DNA from: an uncultured archaeon
GTDB lineage: Archaea; Asgardarchaeota; Lokiarchaeia; Sigyniarchaeales; SOKP01
Direction of reading: 5' to 3'
DNA length: 36,277 nt
NCBI GenBank assembly: GCA_964493715.1
Contig: CAZBPC010000001.1
Span: forward strand, 8,006 to 44,282
Part shown: positions 9,235 to 18,287 of the stretch, in pieces
How positions within the stretch are numbered: the first letter of the stretch is position 1
How the letters are laid out: every line of letters starts with the position of its first letter
Notes under the pieces: model-generated
What the model saw: only the letters and a program-made list of their open reading frames with translations
Databases searched by the model: none
Told to the model about the DNA's origin: nothing
Made by a program: the position numbers and the translations under genes

Positions 9235-9771
9235 ATGTCAGATAGAATATTAGAACTTCGAACGGAGAATCAAAGATTGAAGCAACAAGTACAAAGTTTA
9301 GAAAACAAGGTATTATCTCTTGTTGGGATGGTTAGATTCGAATCTTCAGGAGGTGCAGAAAAGAAGAATGTTTTGAATGAACACCTCCTCGAGTTAATTA
9401 GTAACACAAAAACTCAACTTAATATTGTTTCCACTAAAATTGATAAGTTTTATGCTACTGAATTAAAACGATTAACACAGAGAGGTGTAGCTGTTTTGTT
9501 AATAATGAATGATAGAGGTAATATTCCGCAAGCGCATCAACAAGTGTATGATGATTTAAAACTCACACCAGGTATAAAAATTATTAATAATCCTAACGTT
9601 CGATATTTATTAGTATTTAACTCTGAGGAAGCTATCTATTCTGGAGGGTCCTTAGATAAGGATGACTTAGAAAAATCTATCCTCATTGTCTCAATTATTA
9701 AAGAAGCTTCAAAGTTGCGAAAAATTGCTGAAATCTTTAGTTTAATGCTTCCATCTTTTATGCGGAAATAA
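9235..9771 (+). CDS. N-terminal coiled coil plus degenerate PLD-fold (TrmB effector-domain-like) protein
   Basis: Heptad LRTENQRLKQQVQSLENKV. PLD-like pattern LLELISNTKTQLNIVS...ELKRLTQRGVAVLLIM. The HxKxxxxD..GSxN site reads VRYLLVFNSEEAIYSGGSL. Confidence 0.65.
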   Translation: MSDRILELRTENQRLKQQVQSLENKVLSLVGMVRFESSGGAEKKNVLNEHLLELISNTKTQLNIVSTKIDKFYATELKRLTQRGVAVLLIMNDRGNIPQAHQQVYDDLKLTPGIKIINNPNVRYLLVFNSEEAIYSGGSLDKDDLEKSILIVSIIKEASKLRKIAEIFSLMLPSFMRK

Positions 9772-9857
9772 GTTAGTGAATTTTTATTAAATTATACTTT
9801 ATTTATAATTTCAGATTAAAATTAATTGAGCCTCTTGAATTATTTACTTGAATAGTG

Positions 9858-12032
9858 ATGTCCACAGAAGAGAAAAAGTATAATGCTCATAGGATTATAA
9901 CTCAATTTGGGTTAAAATCACTTTTATTTAACGATGCAATGAAGGTTCTCACAGATCTTGCAATCAAATCAGATAAATTGTTTAAAAAACATTATGATTC
10001 TTGGTATTCTCATTTTAAAAACATATATGGAGTAAAAATTACACGGGATCTTTTTTTAAAGCATACCTACTACTCAATTGTGCTTAAGACCTTACTATTG
10101 GGTAAACTAGGAAATCATAATGATGTGGAAGGAGAATTCACGTTCTTCAAGAAATTTTTTAGTTATGAAGAAGTATTATTTAGCTGGGTCGATCCTGACT
10201 ATTATTTCAAAATATTACACTATAATTCACATCAAAATGTATCTTTTTCTCATGAAGACCTTTTTCATGAATTATATCAACAAATATTCATTTCAGAAAC
10301 TCGTCATAAAATTGGAGAATTTTACACTTCCCCAACTCTAGTTAATGAAATGGTAGATGATTCCTATACGCTAGGCATGAAAGTTTTAGATCCATCTTGC
10401 GGATCTGGTACATTTCTCATAGAAATTTTACTTAAAATACTCAGAGCTCCCCTTGATGAAGATAAGAAAAAAGAATATTTAACATATATTTTTGGCTTTG
10501 ATGTTAATCCATTAGCCATTTTAACTACAAAAGCTAACATATTAATGCTGCTACTTGATTTTATTGATATTGAAAACTTAAATGATACGAATTTAAATAT
10601 TTTCTTAATGGATTCTTTATTCCCAGAACAGATGAAATTAAATCTAAATTTTGATATTAAACAAATTTATCACTCATTTGATTTGATAATTGGGAATCCT
10701 CCTTGGTTAACATATAAAGATTTACTTGATAAATCCTATCAAAATAAAATTAGAGAATTAGCGGAAAAAATCTTAATCAAACCTCCAAGTCAATATATTA
10801 CTCATATAGAATTAGCCAGCGTATTTTTCTATTCTGTCCCTTTGAAATATTTAAAAATAAGTGGAAAAATATTTTTCGTCATTACCAAAAGTGTGCTAAA
10901 TGGGGATCATTGCTATAGATTTAGGTCATTTAGAATATTTGATCAAATAGAAATTTGGGATTTCCCCGAGAGTTATTTCTTTAATGTAAATCATATCTGT
11001 TTGAAAGCCACCTATATTGGAAAAGACAATATTATTCCAATACAAGCTAAATTTCCTATACCAGTGAAAATATATGATAAGGATATAAAATTTAAAAAAA
11101 AAGTAATGTATAATAGTATAAAGTTAGAAGATGATGGGGCAAGAATTATATTGTCTGAAGAAAATTTATCAAATTTTAAGGAATTATCTGAAAGCATCTA
11201 CAAAAATTTTTTTTACCAAGGAGCTACCCTAGTTCCAAGATCTTTACTCTTTTTCAAGATCGATGATAAATTGGAAAAAGTTTATCTAATCTCACCAGAT
11301 CTTGATGTAATTTCTCGTTCAAAAGCTCAATGGAAATTTAATTTTAATCAAACAGAAATTGAAAAAGCATTTCGTTATAAAACTTTTCTAAATATGGATT
11401 TAATTCCTTTTTGTATAAAGGGTTTCAGAAATGTTTTTTTACCAATAGATAAAGACTTTCAATTTGACGAGGTTTACCTTAAAAAATATCCGAAATCACT
11501 CAAGTTTTACAAGGAAATGAATGATTACTATATGAAAAATAAAAAATCAACCAGTGATATTAATACACTCTTTTCAAACGTTAATTATTGGAACAAATTA
11601 ACAAAACAAGTCAATAATAAAGCAAACATTGTTGTTTATAATGCAAGTGGCTCTAACTTGAAATCTGCAGTCATTATAAACAGGAAGAAGAAGCTTATTA
11701 TCGGTTCGGAGAACTATTATTACTCTACAGATTCTCTGTATGAAGCATATTTCCTCTCTGCGATTTTCAATTCGCCAATCTTATCTAAAACTATAAAACT
11801 TATAAAGTCAAGTCGACACATACATAAAAGACCGTTTTCTTACCCAATACCAAAATATGACGATGATAATCCACTCCATCGAGCTTTAGCAACTAAAGGT
11901 AAAAAATATCATACTGTAGTTAGAGATCTGGTTTTGAATAATCCAAAAATCAACGCGAATAAAACCAGAACATTTATTCATCATAAGTTAACAAAATTGA
12001 ACGAACTAGTAAATCAAATTATTTTCAAATAA
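9858..12032 (+). CDS. N6-adenine DNA methyltransferase (gamma-class, type IIG/N-6 methylase-like) with C-terminal target-recognition region
   Basis: GEFYTS, motif I VLDPSCGSGTFL, FGFDVNPLA, motif IV IIGNPPW. No recognisable endonuclease domain. Confidence 0.9.
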   Translation: MSTEEKKYNAHRIITQFGLKSLLFNDAMKVLTDLAIKSDKLFKKHYDSWYSHFKNIYGVKITRDLFLKHTYYSIVLKTLLLGKLGNHNDVEGEFTFFKKFFSYEEVLFSWVDPDYYFKILHYNSHQNVSFSHEDLFHELYQQIFISETRHKIGEFYTSPTLVNEMVDDSYTLGMKVLDPSCGSGTFLIEILLKILRAPLDEDKKKEYLTYIFGFDVNPLAILTTKANILMLLLDFIDIENLNDTNLNIFLMDSLFPEQMKLNLNFDIKQIYHSFDLIIGNPPWLTYKDLLDKSYQNKIRELAEKILIKPPSQYITHIELASVFFYSVPLKYLKISGKIFFVITKSVLNGDHCYRFRSFRIFDQIEIWDFPESYFFNVNHICLKATYIGKDNIIPIQAKFPIPVKIYDKDIKFKKKVMYNSIKLEDDGARIILSEENLSNFKELSESIYKNFFYQGATLVPRSLLFFKIDDKLEKVYLISPDLDVISRSKAQWKFNFNQTEIEKAFRYKTFLNMDLIPFCIKGFRNVFLPIDKDFQFDEVYLKKYPKSLKFYKEMNDYYMKNKKSTSDINTLFSNVNYWNKLTKQVNNKANIVVYNASGSNLKSAVIINRKKKLIIGSENYYYSTDSLYEAYFLSAIFNSPILSKTIKLIKSSRHIHKRPFSYPIPKYDDDNPLHRALATKGKKYHTVVRDLVLNNPKINANKTRTFIHHKLTKLNELVNQIIFK

Positions 12033-12188
12033 TCGATCAACATCCCTCATCGGTTATATCAAGATTTTAATAGGATAATTTTTTCTTAAGATATATGAAT
12101 TTAAACCATTTTAGTAATCTTTAACTATTTTAAAATATTTATATTAATTGAGTAGCAGAGAAAAGAGAAACTTTAGTGATTAACAAAA

Positions 12189-13340
12189 TTGAATTTTAAA
12201 GATTTAGGTATAAGCGAACGATTCATTAACGCTTTAAATGATATAAACATAACGACGCCGACTCCCGTCCAAAAAAAAGCAATACCCCTCCTTTTAGAAG
12301 GGCAACATGTTATGGCTCAAGCCCGGACTGGAAGCGGAAAAACCTTGGCATACGTTCTTCCTATTTTAGAACGCATGGAACCTGCATTAAACGAAGCTTT
12401 AGTTTTAGTGCCAACCAGGGAACTTGCTGTACAAGTCCATCAAGTAATTTCGGATTTGAAACATCCCAAAATAAAATCCATGACCATATATGGGGGCGTA
12501 TCAATTAACAATCAAATTGCTAAATTGCAACGTGGTGTCAATTTTATCGTAGGAACACCCGGAAGAATTATTGACCTTTATAAAAGAAGAATCTTGAATT
12601 TAAGCAAGATAAAGTTTATTTGTCTTGATGAAGCTGACCGTTTATGGGACTTTGGATTTGCCCCTGATGTGAAATATATAATAAACCAAATAAAATCAAA
12701 GTATCAGTTTATGTTATTTTCAGCAACACTTCATTCAGAAATTAGAAATTTGGTTAAAGATTATTCCGGAAATCAGTTTACATTTCTTAATTTAAGCAAA
12801 GATGATCTTACAGTTCACAATACAAAACAGGTTTACTATTTAGTGGATAATTTCAAGGATAAATTTAAGACATTTACAAAGATATTAAGGAAAGAAAAGC
12901 CCGAACATGCACTGGTATTTGTAAACACCAAGAAAACAGTAAACTGGTTAAGTGATAAATTAAGAACTCAAAAAAATTCGAAATTCAAAGTTGCAGCAAT
13001 CTCAGGCGATTTTTCTCAGTTTCAAAGAGAAAACATACTTAATAAGTTCAAGAATCATGAGATTAATCTTCTAGTTGCCACAGATGTGGCAGCACGTGGA
13101 TTAGATATTGATAATATTTCTCATGTTATTAATTATGATGTTCCAAAATTTCCAGAAAACTATGTCCACCGCATTGGGAGAACATCTCGCATGAATAAGA
13201 AGGGAGTAGCAATTACACTTTGCATGAAAGATGAGTATGAATATTTATGTCATATTGAAGGAATAATTGACAAAGAAATAACTCAGAGATTCTTAACTGA
13301 AGAAGTAGAAAATGTTCATTACTATAATCCATTTTACTAA
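12189..13340 (+). CDS. DEAD-box ATP-dependent RNA helicase
   Basis: Q motif PTPVQ, ARTGSGKT, PTRELA, GG, TPGR, DEAD, SAT, ARGLD, HRIGRTSR. TTG start. Confidence 0.96.
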   Translation: MNFKDLGISERFINALNDINITTPTPVQKKAIPLLLEGQHVMAQARTGSGKTLAYVLPILERMEPALNEALVLVPTRELAVQVHQVISDLKHPKIKSMTIYGGVSINNQIAKLQRGVNFIVGTPGRIIDLYKRRILNLSKIKFICLDEADRLWDFGFAPDVKYIINQIKSKYQFMLFSATLHSEIRNLVKDYSGNQFTFLNLSKDDLTVHNTKQVYYLVDNFKDKFKTFTKILRKEKPEHALVFVNTKKTVNWLSDKLRTQKNSKFKVAAISGDFSQFQRENILNKFKNHEINLLVATDVAARGLDIDNISHVINYDVPKFPENYVHRIGRTSRMNKKGVAITLCMKDEYEYLCHIEGIIDKEITQRFLTEEVENVHYYNPFY

Positions 13341-13470
13341 CTTTAATGCAATAATTTTATTCTATTTTTTTTACACTTATCAAAATTTAAGAGTCCATTC
13401 ATAGTTCTTTTTTCCATACTTTATTAGAACTAATATCCTTAAAATACTCAAACTCAAATAGGTGAATGGC

Positions 13471-13650
13471 ATGTATCATGAAGAATCAATCTTGAAAGCT
13501 GATGAACTAGATAAAGGTAAGGATCCAGAGAATCCATACATTTTGGATAAAGATGTTCAAAATTTTTTAGAAATTGCTGATTATTTATCGAAAGTATTAT
13601 CAGCAAGTGATTTAATCTCTGAAATACTTGAATTCCTCGATTCTGAATAG
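13471..13650 (+). CDS. Small acidic hypothetical protein (59 aa)
   Basis: AGGTGA SD-like site at 13460-13465 before the ATG at 13471; amphipathic helical C-terminus; T-rich tract after the stop. Confidence 0.55.
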   Translation: MYHEESILKADELDKGKDPENPYILDKDVQNFLEIADYLSKVLSASDLISEILEFLDSE

Positions 13651-13719
13651 TAATATCTTATTATTTTTTTATTTAAAAATAATTTTTGGGGATGACAAAT
13701 CTCCCGTCCTTTTGGTGAT

Positions 13720-16700
13720 CTAAAGATTTTTTAAAGATGCCCCACAAATTGCACAAAATCGGGAAGGCATTTCTATTCGAGAACCACAAAATGGACAAAA
13801 GTTAGGTTGATCACTTTTAGAGTCAATATTTTCATTAACTTGAGCTTCTATTTGATAAGGCATAATGATACTGGTTCGAGGAGATTTCTTTCTTCTTAAT
13901 AAAAAGAAAGTAATACTTAACAATGCAACTATTCCGATCCCTAAGCTGGTTAAGAATATGGGAATTAAGTTAGGATTTTCTGGTTGTGTGGGAGGACTTT
14001 GGATATTAGTTATAAAATATCTTAATTCTGATTGTATCACCATTCCTTCAGTGGTAATTCCATTAAAAATAACAGAGTGAATACCATTTTCAGGAATTGG
14101 AATGACCTTATTTCCTGCAATTGTAATATCAGGGTTTCCATCTAAAGAATAACCGATCCATTCAAAATTATCACTTTGATTAAAACTTAGCAACAAACCT
14201 TCATTTAGATTATCTCCAAGAGCATAACTTTGGTCCCATGATAACCCAACCGCATCAAAATATATGATGCCAGAACTTCCAGAATAGCCAGATCTTATCT
14301 GGATGAATGAAATATCTGGAACTGGTAAGTGAAATGAACCTCCCTCTACTTCTTTTATACCATTTACATAAATATCTGTCGTATCAGTATCACAATCAAA
14401 GTCTATACGTATATGAAACCATTCTTGATCTGAATATTTTCCAGCGGCAAATTCGACATAGGTATTAGGAGCAGGACTATAACGGAAAATCCCGTTGTTA
14501 TCAGTATCAATCGTTATAATAAAACCAGTAGTAGTATCATCATTGCCTTGAATTACAAGAGCACAGTCACCACTCTCTTTGTAAACCCAGCATTCAATAG
14601 TACCCTTCACCTTAGGTGATTTAAAATTATATTGAGCCGTGGCATCTGCTCCTCCGCCTGTTGCCGTATCAGCATCAGCAATTAAAACGACCTTTTTATG
14701 ATTATCTTTTTGATCTTGAACTGAAATTGAACAAGACCCCGAGGGTGCTACTTCCGTCCATTCATCTGGTATGGTCCCAACTTCATCGTTTTCAAATCCA
14801 TAGGTCGCTGGGTAGTATCCACTCATTGGCTCGGTGTAGGTTTTACTTTCAGGTGTGATGATATTTATATAAGATGTAGTATCCACTGAAAAATGCTGAA
14901 CAGCGGATTCATACATGGTACCCCTGCTATCATTTCCAAACACTTGAATAAAATGAAGACCGTTATTAGGCATTGGAATGGTTTTATTTCCTAAAATTGT
15001 CCTGTTAGCTTGCCCATCAAGAGAATATCCAGTCCAATTGAAATTTGTATTTGTGTCATAACTAAGCAACAATCCTTCATTGAGGTTATCTCCGATATTA
15101 TAATTTGGATCCCATGAATAGCCAACGGCATCCCACCAAATTGTAAATCCCGATCCAGCAACACTAGTATGGACTTGAAATGTACCTACATCATCATTTT
15201 CTTCATAAGTAAAAGGGCCATATCGAATCGTGTTTATATAGATGAAATAAGTATATTGACTTGTTAATCCAGAGTATTCACTGGAATATGAACCTCTAAA
15301 ATCAAAGCGAACATGATACCACGTGTTTATTTGAGGATTTGGTGCTCCAGGTATGGGATAGCTACCTGAACTATTTGTAAATAGAAACTGATTTGAATCA
15401 ATGTTTAAGGTTGGTCCAAGAGTTACGGACCCACTTAATCGATAATAATTCCCAGCGGTTGCCGAAGTAAACCGACACCAGAATTCTATCGTACCATTTG
15501 TCTGAAGATCATAGTATTCAAGAAGATCTGCTGCACTTGAGCCTGAATTATCTATCACTTCGTACACTTTTTTGTGGCCATCGATTTCTGAAACAACATT
15601 ACCTTTTTGTAAAGATACATCATCCCAATCCGGATCATCTTGGCCATTAATAACATTTTCAAACCCATAAGTAGCGGGGTAATAACCCCCCACTGGTCCA
15701 GTATAGGTTTTATTTTCAGGAGTGATTACATTGATTGGAGATACCGTGAAATATCTTATATCAGATTGACACATCGTTCCTAATGTATCTGTGCCGAACA
15801 CTTGAATGTTATGCAGTCCATTTGAGGGCAAGGGAATAGTTGTATTACCTAAAATGGTTTTGTTCACGCTTCCGTCTAAAGAATAACCTTGCCAATCCAA
15901 ATTCGTGGAATTTTTATAACTTAATAATAAACCCTCATTAAGATTACCTCCAATGTCATAATTGGAATCCCATGAATATCCAATAGCATCATAATAGGTA
16001 TAATATCCTGTTGAACCTACCCACCTTGTTTCTAATGTAAGTTGTACAAGCGATGTTGAACCAATTTGAAAGGGTATGTCGGTTAAATATCTGATTTCAT
16101 CAATATAAACATCAAACTTCTGAGAAGTACAGTTGAAATCGATTCGAAGATGATACCATTGATCACTATTACAAGGTGCAATATCATTCCAGACACTTTG
16201 ATTATTCCATCGAAACATACCTCCTAAAGAAGTTATATCAATTGGAAATGTTCCGAAAGGATCTTTTATCCTGATAGATGTTGCTTCTGCGGGGTCAGTT
16301 CTCCGGAACCACATTTCAACTGTTCCTGCGATTTGATCAGTGAAATTGTTAATCATGCGAGCGCTATTACTAGTTGTTCCATCATATAGCTCCACTACAT
16401 TCTTATGAGCATCTAACTCATCAATAACTTGTATAGAGCATGGTGCACCAATTTCAAATGTCCAATCATAGGGTAGATTCCCAATATTATCATTCTCAAA
16501 TCCATAAGTCGCTGGGTAGTATCCACTCATGGGTTCAGTGTAGGTTTTATTTTCGGGAGTAATTAAATTTATTTGAGAAATAAAGAAATATCTTATCTCA
16601 GATTGATACAGCGTTCCTATTGGGGGTCCTGCGCCTGACACTTGAATGCTATGCGGACCAATTGATGGCATTGGAATGGTAGTGTTTCCTGAGATTGTTT

Positions 16701-17568
16701 TATTTACGCATCCATCTAAAGAATACCCTTGCCAATATAAGGCAATGCTACTCTCGTAGCTCAAAAGCAATCCTTCATGCATGTTATCTCCGACGTGATA
16801 TAAGATTATGTCGGTATCTTTATACCATGAATATCCTATGGCATCTATATAAGCTGTACCAGTCGAAGTCCACCCTCCCTTTATATTAGTGCTTCCAATA
16901 TTGTTTACTGGATTTAAGAAATTACCCCCATCCACCCGTAAGATCCCATCAATATACCATTCATATGTATCAGAAGTAGTATCAAAGATTATTTTATTAT
17001 GATACCACTGGTTAGAGACGTAGGATTGAACTACATTTCCTTCCATGTCTTTAAACGTATTATCACTCATTGAAACGGCCCCAGCATGAGTTCCCATGAT
17101 TCCTTCATGAAAGTGATAAGCGATATTATTAGTTCCTGAGACCTCAGTACTCCACCACCATTCGATAGTGCCCATAATTTGAGTTGAATCAAAATAATTA
17201 CGTGCTTCAGCATTTCCATTGGTATTTCCATCATGAACTCGTAAAACTTTCTTATGCCCTTGATAATTATTACTAATAACAACATCGCAATTTGATTGAA
17301 TTGCATTGGTTCCATCAACGTAAGCGATATTTGTCCTTGAAGTTCCATCCAATTCATTTTCGAATCCAAATGTTCCTGGGTAATAACCTGCCGTTGATTG
17401 AATATTTGTTTTATTTTCGGGTGAGATGATGGAAATCTCACCTGCACTTGACTTTGGAAGCTCGAGTTTATATTGAGGCTTAAAACTTTGATACGTTATG
17501 CCAGTTACGGTAAATAAAAAGATAAAGAGAAGTATACTTTTATATACAAATGATTTTTTTATTTTCAT
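13720..17568 (-). CDS. Large membrane-anchored surface protein: signal/TM, four ~285-aa repeats (Ig-like plus lectin/LamG-like), C-terminal TM and cytoplasmic zinc ribbon
   Basis: N-terminal hydrophobic segment. Four repeats start I.IITPENKTY..GYYPATYGFE and end EGLLLSY..W.GYSLDG..N.TI.GN.TIP.P..G.H.IQV. TM LIPIFLTSLGIGIVALLSITFFLL followed by RRKK. C-terminus CPFC..CAIC. ATG at 17568 preferred over TTG at 17586. Confidence 0.85.
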   Translation of the reverse strand: MKIKKSFVYKSILLFIFLFTVTGITYQSFKPQYKLELPKSSAGEISIISPENKTNIQSTAGYYPGTFGFENELDGTSRTNIAYVDGTNAIQSNCDVVISNNYQGHKKVLRVHDGNTNGNAEARNYFDSTQIMGTIEWWWSTEVSGTNNIAYHFHEGIMGTHAGAVSMSDNTFKDMEGNVVQSYVSNQWYHNKIIFDTTSDTYEWYIDGILRVDGGNFLNPVNNIGSTNIKGGWTSTGTAYIDAIGYSWYKDTDIILYHVGDNMHEGLLLSYESSIALYWQGYSLDGCVNKTISGNTTIPMPSIGPHSIQVSGAGPPIGTLYQSEIRYFFISQINLITPENKTYTEPMSGYYPATYGFENDNIGNLPYDWTFEIGAPCSIQVIDELDAHKNVVELYDGTTSNSARMINNFTDQIAGTVEMWFRRTDPAEATSIRIKDPFGTFPIDITSLGGMFRWNNQSVWNDIAPCNSDQWYHLRIDFNCTSQKFDVYIDEIRYLTDIPFQIGSTSLVQLTLETRWVGSTGYYTYYDAIGYSWDSNYDIGGNLNEGLLLSYKNSTNLDWQGYSLDGSVNKTILGNTTIPLPSNGLHNIQVFGTDTLGTMCQSDIRYFTVSPINVITPENKTYTGPVGGYYPATYGFENVINGQDDPDWDDVSLQKGNVVSEIDGHKKVYEVIDNSGSSAADLLEYYDLQTNGTIEFWCRFTSATAGNYYRLSGSVTLGPTLNIDSNQFLFTNSSGSYPIPGAPNPQINTWYHVRFDFRGSYSSEYSGLTSQYTYFIYINTIRYGPFTYEENDDVGTFQVHTSVAGSGFTIWWDAVGYSWDPNYNIGDNLNEGLLLSYDTNTNFNWTGYSLDGQANRTILGNKTIPMPNNGLHFIQVFGNDSRGTMYESAVQHFSVDTTSYINIITPESKTYTEPMSGYYPATYGFENDEVGTIPDEWTEVAPSGSCSISVQDQKDNHKKVVLIADADTATGGGADATAQYNFKSPKVKGTIECWVYKESGDCALVIQGNDDTTTGFIITIDTDNNGIFRYSPAPNTYVEFAAGKYSDQEWFHIRIDFDCDTDTTDIYVNGIKEVEGGSFHLPVPDISFIQIRSGYSGSSGIIYFDAVGLSWDQSYALGDNLNEGLLLSFNQSDNFEWIGYSLDGNPDITIAGNKVIPIPENGIHSVIFNGITTEGMVIQSELRYFITNIQSPPTQPENPNLIPIFLTSLGIGIVALLSITFFLLRRKKSPRTSIIMPYQIEAQVNENIDSKSDQPNFCPFCGSRIEMPSRFCAICGASLKNL
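14010..17436 (-). repeat. Four tandem intragenic repeats of ~840-870 bp
   Basis: Unit starts near 17436, 16572, 15735 and 14868. Near-identical DNA at conserved ends, e.g. gtcgctgggtagtatccactcat near 14805 and 16508. Boundaries approximate. Confidence 0.85.
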
Positions 17569-17708
17569 ATTGATTCGCGCATGCAAATTTTAGTCCTATG
17601 TATATTAAGATATAATTGAATATTTAAATATGCTATATGCATGCAGTTCATATTAAAACTCCTTAGTACAAGACACTCCCGAATATTTGCGTCATTCTGG
17701 TAAAATTA

Positions 17709-18152
17709 TTAATAGTAGTATGGGATTGAGTTAAACAGGCTTGAGATCATGGCAAAAATCGCGATAAAATAGATAACCCAACAAAGAATTCCGAGTATAC
17801 CAAGTACAATACCCGCCTTTCCTGTTGAAGAGTTCGGATCCCTTGATCGTGACATTGCACCAAAAGCTATAGCAATAATAGCCCCAATGATAGGTAGGAC
17901 GCATAATCCTAAAATTCCAAATATTAAGGCTACTATCCCATACGTGTCTGATTGTGAAGAGTATCGTGGTTGCACTTGAGATGGTGAAGAATATCGTGGT
18001 TGTACTTGTGATTGTGGAGGAATATATGGAGTTGGAGGAGGATTGGTAATACTCATGCTTGCATTTTCGAATTCACTTAACCTATGACCACAACTTGGAC
18101 AAAATTTGGAATCTGGGTCTAATTGACTTCCGCACTCTGGACAAAAGTTCAT
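17709..18152 (-). CDS. Zinc-ribbon plus Pro/Gln-rich linker plus two-TM (DUF4190-like) membrane protein
   Basis: MNFCPECGSQLDPDSKFCPSCG; PPPTPYIPPQ; GIVALIFGILG...AIIAIAFG...GKAGIVLGILG. Confidence 0.8.
   Translation of the reverse strand: MNFCPECGSQLDPDSKFCPSCGHRLSEFENASMSITNPPPTPYIPPQSQVQPRYSSPSQVQPRYSSQSDTYGIVALIFGILGLCVLPIIGAIIAIAFGAMSRSRDPNSSTGKAGIVLGILGILCWVIYFIAIFAMISSLFNSIPYYY
17950..18016. repeat. 30-bp imperfect tandem repeat (just over 2 copies) encoding SQVQPRYSS(P/Q)
   Basis: gattgtgaagagtatcgtggttgcacttga / gatggtgaagaatatcgtggttgtacttgt (4 mismatches in 30). Confidence 0.85.
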
Positions 18153-18287
18153 ATGCTAGTATGGGTAGAATTGCTTTTTATATCTTCTCATTCATCATTG
18201 CATTTGAAAAAATATCCCCTTAGTTAAACAAAGAAATGTAATATGTATGGGGTGTAAACGCTAAATTTTCGTGTTTATTTTCAGTTT

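Noticed and set aside
13320-13340. C-terminal NPF (EH-domain ligand) on the DEAD-box helicase
   Set aside because: A single tripeptide with no supporting context; likely chance.
14010-17436. Diversity-generating retroelement target/template repeats
   Set aside because: No reverse transcriptase nearby, and repeat differences are not visibly adenine-specific; these are intragenic domain repeats.
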